DNA of 64,000 nt from the human T2T-CHM13v2.0 reference genome, Homo sapiens. The position numbers and the translations under genes are program-made. Under the pieces are notes generated by a model. It had not been told where the DNA came from, searched no databases, and worked only from the letters and a program-made list of their open reading frames with translations. Positions 51,244 through 64,000 of the stretch are shown in pieces; position 1 is the stretch's first letter, and each line of letters starts with the position of its first letter. The stretch lies in NCBI RefSeq assembly GCF_009914755.1, contig NC_060925.1; one strand, 5' to 3'.

Positions 51244-51574
<331 letters not shown>

Positions 51575-52027
51575 TAACCCCCTTTTTCTCCCATTTTACC
51601 TATGTTATCTTCTCTTACCGACTTTTTATCACGTTTTAAGTGATGATTCGTTCTTTCTGGAGACAATCAAAAATAGCATTATCCCTATGGTTTAAACCAT
51701 GCTACAATATAAATATTGAAAGGCTCTTAATAAAGGACAAGTTTCATATAGTAATATTGTCCAGGTAAATAGAACAATCTCATTCTAACTTAGCATTTCT
51801 TTTCTATTTTGAATGAAATTTAAAATCATCAAACTCTTAAAACATTTCAGTATGTGTGTATATACAAATTTAGTTGCTCCCATGGAGGTCCTCTTAAGTA
51901 GCTTTTTAAAACTATAGTATTTCCTAATATTCATTTAGATTGTAAGTAACATTCTTCAGGCTATAAAGTATTTTTAAATTAGAATCTTAGATAACAGAAA
52001 ATTATTAATTTACCAGGGAGAATATAA

Positions 52028-52363
<336 letters not shown>

Positions 52364-52459
52364 ACAGTTCATTGTTGAATCAGAAAGCATAATTGGCAGA
52401 AAGACAACCTTGTTAGTTCTTGTACCTAGAAAAACAGTATAGAAATGGCCAGTCCCAAG

Positions 52460-52852
52460 AATGACCTTATTTAGAGAAAAGGTCTTTGTAGGTATAATTA
52501 AAAATCTCAAGATAAGAACATCCTGGATATCTAGGTGGGTCCTAATCCAATGACAAATTTCCTCATAAGAGACAGAAAAAGGGAAGACATAGACATGGAG
52601 GAGAAGGCCTTGTGAAGACAGAGACAATGATTGGAGTAAAGCAGACACAAGCCAGGGAATGCCAGGAGCCACCAGAAATAGGAAGAGGCAAGCAGGTCTT
52701 CTCCCCTGCAGACTTCCAAGGAAGGGTGGCTCTGCCTATGCCTTGATTTTGGACTTCTGACTTCCAGAAAATTATGAGAGCATAAATTTCCTTTGTTTTT
52801 TAAGTTACTCTGTTTGTGGTAATTTCTTATGGTAGCACTAGGGAAATGATAC
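52460..52852 (+). mobile_element. MLT1-type MaLR LTR
   Basis: Typical MLT1 body ending ggtaatttcttatggtagcactagggaaatgataca. Confidence 0.75.
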
Positions 52853-52964
52853 ATCTGGTTATTTTTTCTGCTATACAGACTATCTCATCTCCTATCACGT
52901 TTTTGGTGTACAGTACCATGAATCTGCTCTTTTTAATTGTGAGTCTCTTATTCCTATTTCTTTT

Positions 52965-53212
52965 TAAATTTTTTTTATTTTTAATTTGTATGGGTACATA
53001 GTAGGTGTATATATTTATGGGGTACATGAGATATTTTGATACAGGCATATAATGTGTAATAATCACATCAGGGTAAGTGGTATCTATCACCTCAAGCATT
53101 AATCATTTCTTTGTATTATGAATATTCCAATCGTTATTCTAAAAGGTACAACAAATTGTTGCTGACTGTAGTTACTTTGTTGTGCTATCAAATATTAGAT
53201 CTTACTTATTCT
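52965..53212 (-). mobile_element. L1MA 3' end fragment
   Basis: T-rich tail followed by gtacatagtaggtgtatatatttatggggtacatgagata. Confidence 0.75.
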
Positions 53213-55885
53213 GTAATTCTTATTTCTTAGTATCACCAATTGCCATCTCAAATTCATCTCTTTATGTTTTTAGAATAAAAATAAAGAATAGTTATAAATG
53301 TAAAGAAACAATAAGTGATGTAACTAGGTAGACATAATGATGACAAAACAGTGACAATGTTAAGTTCTGGATATATATTATCTCATTTATTCCTGGCAGT
53401 AGTCCTGTGAAACAAGTATTATTAGTACCCTTATTTTATAGAGAAGAGTACTGATGCCAAATAAGTGGCAGAACCAGAATTCAAACCCAGGTCTGTATGA
53501 CTTTAAATCCACCTTACCATGGTATTTTCCTACTGCTTTATACAAATCACAATTACCAGTAGGGTATTTCGGGTTATGAGTGACTTATAAATACTAACAG
53601 GCAGCTGTGAGACCTTGTCTCTCTTCTCTTCCTCTCCCCAGCTATATTTGTTCCCTGATTCAGAGCCCCGCAGAGTGATTGACTTAGCAAATTGCCTAAC
53701 CTAGGGAGTACAGCCTTTCATTCCTCAAATATATATTTTTTAATTCCTATTATGTGCCACACACTGTTCTGGCCTGTTGAACAAAGCATTCAAAAATAGC
53801 CGGCAGTACAGTTAAAAGCCTCTGCCTTCAGGGAACTTACATTCTGGTGGGACTAGACTGGCAAAGCAAACACCTTTACAATATACCGCATGGTGATAAA
53901 TGCAATGGAGAAAAAAGGTAAGGTAAAAGATGTAGGGAGTGCTGTGGGTGGAGAAGGAAGCAAAGGAATGTTACTTTTATATGAGATCATCAGAGAAGAC
54001 CTCACTGATTAAGGAACATTTGGTGAAGATCTGAAAGAAAATGTCCCAGAACTGACATTTGAGTTCCTTGAATTTCCAGTTTAATAGGCCTGTGAATTTC
54101 CAATTTAATAGGCCTGTGAAGTGCTCAGCATTGTAAATAAATACAACCCCCTTGAAGGCACATCTTCAGGAAATTTCAGAACATCCACAATGGGAGAGAC
54201 CCTTCTAAAAGTTTTCAGGGATTTAAAGCAGAAACAAAAAATACTCTCTAAAGGATTTGAATGAGAGCAGCATCTGACTTCTTGATAGTAATATTAGAGG
54301 CTGAGACGCTGGAGCAGTGCCCTTAAAATTCCAAGTGAACGTGATGTCTAAATATCATTCCAAGTGAACATGATGTCTAAACTGAAATTATATTCCAAGC
54401 TAATGTATCTGTCAAGTATAAGAAGGGGTAAATTAAGGACCCAGACTGAAGTTCCAGCTATTCAGGAGGATCGCTTAAGCCCAGGAATTGGGGGTTGCAG
54501 TGAACTATGATCACACCACTGTGCTCCAGCCTGGGTGACAGAGCGAGATCCTGTCTCTTAAAAAAAAAAGGACAAGAGAAAGACAAAGGTTATCCCCAGA
54601 ATCTTGGTGAAAGGAAGTCTCTGGATGGCAGCTATGTAGCTGACTGAGTGAGCATCCAGTCCAAACTGGGGTAAAAGGATGGAAGGCTCTGGTATATATT
54701 AGTATTATAAGTTAATAATAAGTATACATTCAGTAAATTTTGGTTAATTATATTGTTGACTAAGTTGCTTTAATCAGAGCCATTAGTAGGGGTAGGGGGA
54801 AGGATAAATATTATTGAATGCTCAAGTTAAGGCACTAGTTTATTACAGTTCCACTGTGTTACAGCAGTGTTATCAGATGACTAGTAAGACCTGCACAAAT
54901 CTTTTCTCAAAATTGTTTGATTCGATAAATTTGGAAGATTGGGCTAATGCTAGATCATAATATGAGTAACATAAGTAATGTATTATTTTGTCTTAATGGT
55001 TCTGCTTGTAATATATATCTAAGATTCTGCAAGCTACTGTCCTGCATACCTGAGAAATTATTTCACTAAAGTATTCTATTTATATCTCTCCTTGGGTGAT
55101 TTATGATGTCTGCATTTTTTTACCAAGGTGTCTATGATTACAACATAGAGTATGTAGTGTCTTATTTCTAATACATATTCTCTGTGGATGGAACAAAAGA
55201 CTGAACAGTGAACAGTACTCTTGGTAAAGTGGAGTTCTTTTTGACAAAGTTATAGACTTTTTCACATAATTGTAGTTGCAGTGGGCTGTAGTCTGGGTCA
55301 TGAAATAACAGATTAAAAATGTTCTCTGGTAAAAGAATTAAACATTTCTGTAAATGGAAGGAAAAGAAAAAGATTTCAGAGAGTCTGATCAATAATAGCT
55401 TGTGGGTCCTAGTGAGTGGAGCAGTGTATAAAGAGGTAAGGTTTTTGAGGGAAAAAAATACTATGTCAAATGGGGGGTGAATGATAAAAATCGCTCTCAT
55501 TTTCCTTTTTTTCACCTTTCATCTTCATTTATGGAATTTCTATACAATAAATATGTTTGGCATTTAATAACAGTGCCTCTCCCCCGGAATACTGTTTTTA
55601 TTTTATCTTACTTAACAAAATATTATGTAGTGGTTTGTGCCAAGTACTGTTCTAAGCACTTTGCAAATATTTATTCACATAACCCTATAAGGTGGGTACT
55701 GTTATTATGCCTCTTTGTTTGTTTGCCAGCAATTAATGAAACTGAGACAGTGCTTGTCCAAGACACCATAAGTAGTAAATGGCATAGCTGGAATTTGGCC
55801 CTAAAGTCAGTCCTCTTAACCACTGTGCTCTTCTGTCTGCTAATGTAGTACCTTAGAAGTGGTGAGCAAAAGAGGCAGAGTTCTG

Positions 55886-58037
<2,152 letters not shown>

Positions 58038-58163
58038 AGATTTATTAATATCTCTTTTATTCTCTGAATTTTGTCATCCATAAAATATCCCTCAAATATT
58101 AGACTTTACTGAGGTGAAGCTATTTTTCACCTATTTTTGTTTTTTGTCAATATGACATTTTAA

Positions 58164-58296
58164 CCCATTTATGCCTAGTGTTCCATTATTGGAACACTAA
58201 ACTTTTGGGAGTTATTTATATCCTATTGCTCAAGGTCATCACCAAAGTCTGATTTTTTTGCAAAACAAAAAAATTGCAACCTCTGGCATAAATGGG
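58164..58296 (+). mobile_element. MER85 piggyBac-derived MITE
   Basis: TTAA TSDs (58160-58163, 58297-58300), TIR CCCATTTATGCC...GGCATAAATGGG, internal GTTCCAttatTGGAAC palindrome. Confidence 0.92.
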
Positions 58297-58953
58297 TTAA
58301 GACCAGCATGTTAGATACATTATTTAGTTTTAAATGAGTTCAAAAACCCAAGCCATATGCTGAGTTTACTTTACCCATGGGGCACATTTACCTGTTGATA
58401 GTAACTACTGTTGAAGATAAGTTACAAAATAGTGTATAATCATAATAGTAAATAATCATAATTCTTGACTATACTAAAAAACAAATTATCTTTTCTTAGA
58501 ATTACTTCTCTACTCACTGAAACAAACTTCTCCTAGAGGATTTTTCAGTTTTTCATTAGTAGTAATTTATTTTGTCTGTAGTTTCAGCAGTAATAAATTT
58601 AGATATCATGTTTTATTGCCAAGAGAAAATATGTTAACCCTTGTGGTAGACAGAAAAACTTGGCTTGTTTTTAAAGCAACAGTAAATCAGTCTTTGAATG
58701 TAGTATTTGTGTTTTTGAACTACATTGTGTTTTCTTTGTGGGATCATTGTTTTGGAATTGATCATGAATTGATTATAGGCCTTGCGTAATTCCATGCTTT
58801 TTATAACATTGCTTTTGCCTTTTCTGGGTATAATACCTAATTCATTTCTTATCGTGTTGAATTTTTTTAATACTAGTAATAATTTTTTACTGCATGTGCA
58901 GAAATTTAGAGGGAATTTTTAACCTCTTGAAAGTTATTTTTCTTATTTAATGA

Positions 58954-59682
<729 letters not shown>

Positions 59683-60386
59683 TGTATTTTAAAATATAAT
59701 ATTTGAAATAAAAATGTAATATAACCAGTATCATAAAATATAACAAGATTGTCCTTTTGGAGCCTGAAAAATAATTGAATAAAAGAGTTTTGTTTTTGTC
59801 ACTATCACTATCCTAATGGATCAGAAGTAATAAGTAGAAGTACCACAGATCAATTTTTTTTTCCTTAAGAACTTAAATTTTCCTTTGGGGAATTTATTTT
59901 CTTTTAAAAAATAATCAGGACCATAATTTTCAAAGGTTTGGATAAAGGATAATATTCTACAGAAAAAAAATATAGCATATCTACAAACCAAAGACTATAT
60001 ATTTGTAATACTGGTTTTTCTTCTCTTTCTTCCTTTATATAAAATATAGGGTCTGATTAAATTCATTGGCCTATTTAATATTAAATATGTTTAAAAATAG
60101 AGGAGGAAAATAAGTAGCCGCTGAACTGAGGAAAGGGGCCCCTCATTTTCTCTTGAATTTGATTTCTTCCAAACAACACAAAATTTGGGGCCAGACTGCT
60201 GATACTGAGAATATGTTCCTCTCCTTTCCTTACTCAATCTATTCCCTTCTCCCTTAAAACACACACACACTCTCAGACACACACACTGATCTTCCTCTCC
60301 CTGGCCCCTCCGTATTCTCGGACACAGATGTTTGGAAACTGCTCACACATTACACACAATGATCATTTTCAAGTCAGGAGCTGCCT

Positions 60387-63622
<3,236 letters not shown>

Positions 63623-64000
63623 GGTAAGGGTGGGGTGGCAGCAGGGACTTTGTCTTATTTCCCACTTATCCCAGAGTTCAGGAAAATGCCTGACGTTAGT
63701 CAGTGCTTCATAAATGATGGATGGATGGATGAATATATTACACTCATCAAACCTTTTTAAAGTATTTAGACTTAAGAGGACTTTAGCATAACTTGAGGAC
63801 AGGGGCCATAGCATATCTATTTTCTGATGCCAGCCTAGCACTGTGTATGTTATGTGCTGAAATAAGAACATTAAGGAATTCATCTCCATCTTGTGCAGTT
63901 TCAAGTGACTAACTGAAGCCAATAGAATTAAATACCAAGGAAAGATAGTCCTTTCATCATTTACACAGTTAGGACCTATTTCTAACAGGTGGGATCGTGG

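Noticed and set aside
55170-55560. 3'UTR-like stretch ending in AATAAA, considered as a retrocopy
   Set aside because: No poly(A) tail, TSD or recognisable parent gene.

Overview
This is human genomic DNA (AT-rich, Alu-dense, with a human-specific AluYb8), not microbial. It is an internal, mostly intronic part of a + strand gene I recognise from memory as RASAL2 (nGAP; SynGAP/DAB2IP-family RasGAP). Two coding exons are present: 8263-8390 (128 nt) and 24692-24818 (127 nt), most likely exons 2 and 3 of the long isoform. The rest is interspersed repeats: about 30 Alus, L2/MIR/L1M relics, LTRs, hAT/Tigger/piggyBac relics and two young L1s. Almost every ORF in the supplied track is a repeat artefact. 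I found no new multi-gene system. The most notable structures are: (1) a 5'-inverted (twin-primed) L1 that also appears to carry a ~243 bp 3' transduction, all inside an 11 bp TSD; (2) a full-length L1PA2-like element, antisense to the gene, with intact ORF2, two nonsense codons in ORF1 and a broken ORF0, whose antisense promoter points down RASAL2; (3) two short local templated duplications inserted into old repeats; (4) a near-consensus CTCF motif inside coding exon 3; (5) a 255 nt phase-symmetric exon 2+3 unit that would circularise into a stop-free frame. Gene and repeat subfamily names come from recall and were not verified by database search.
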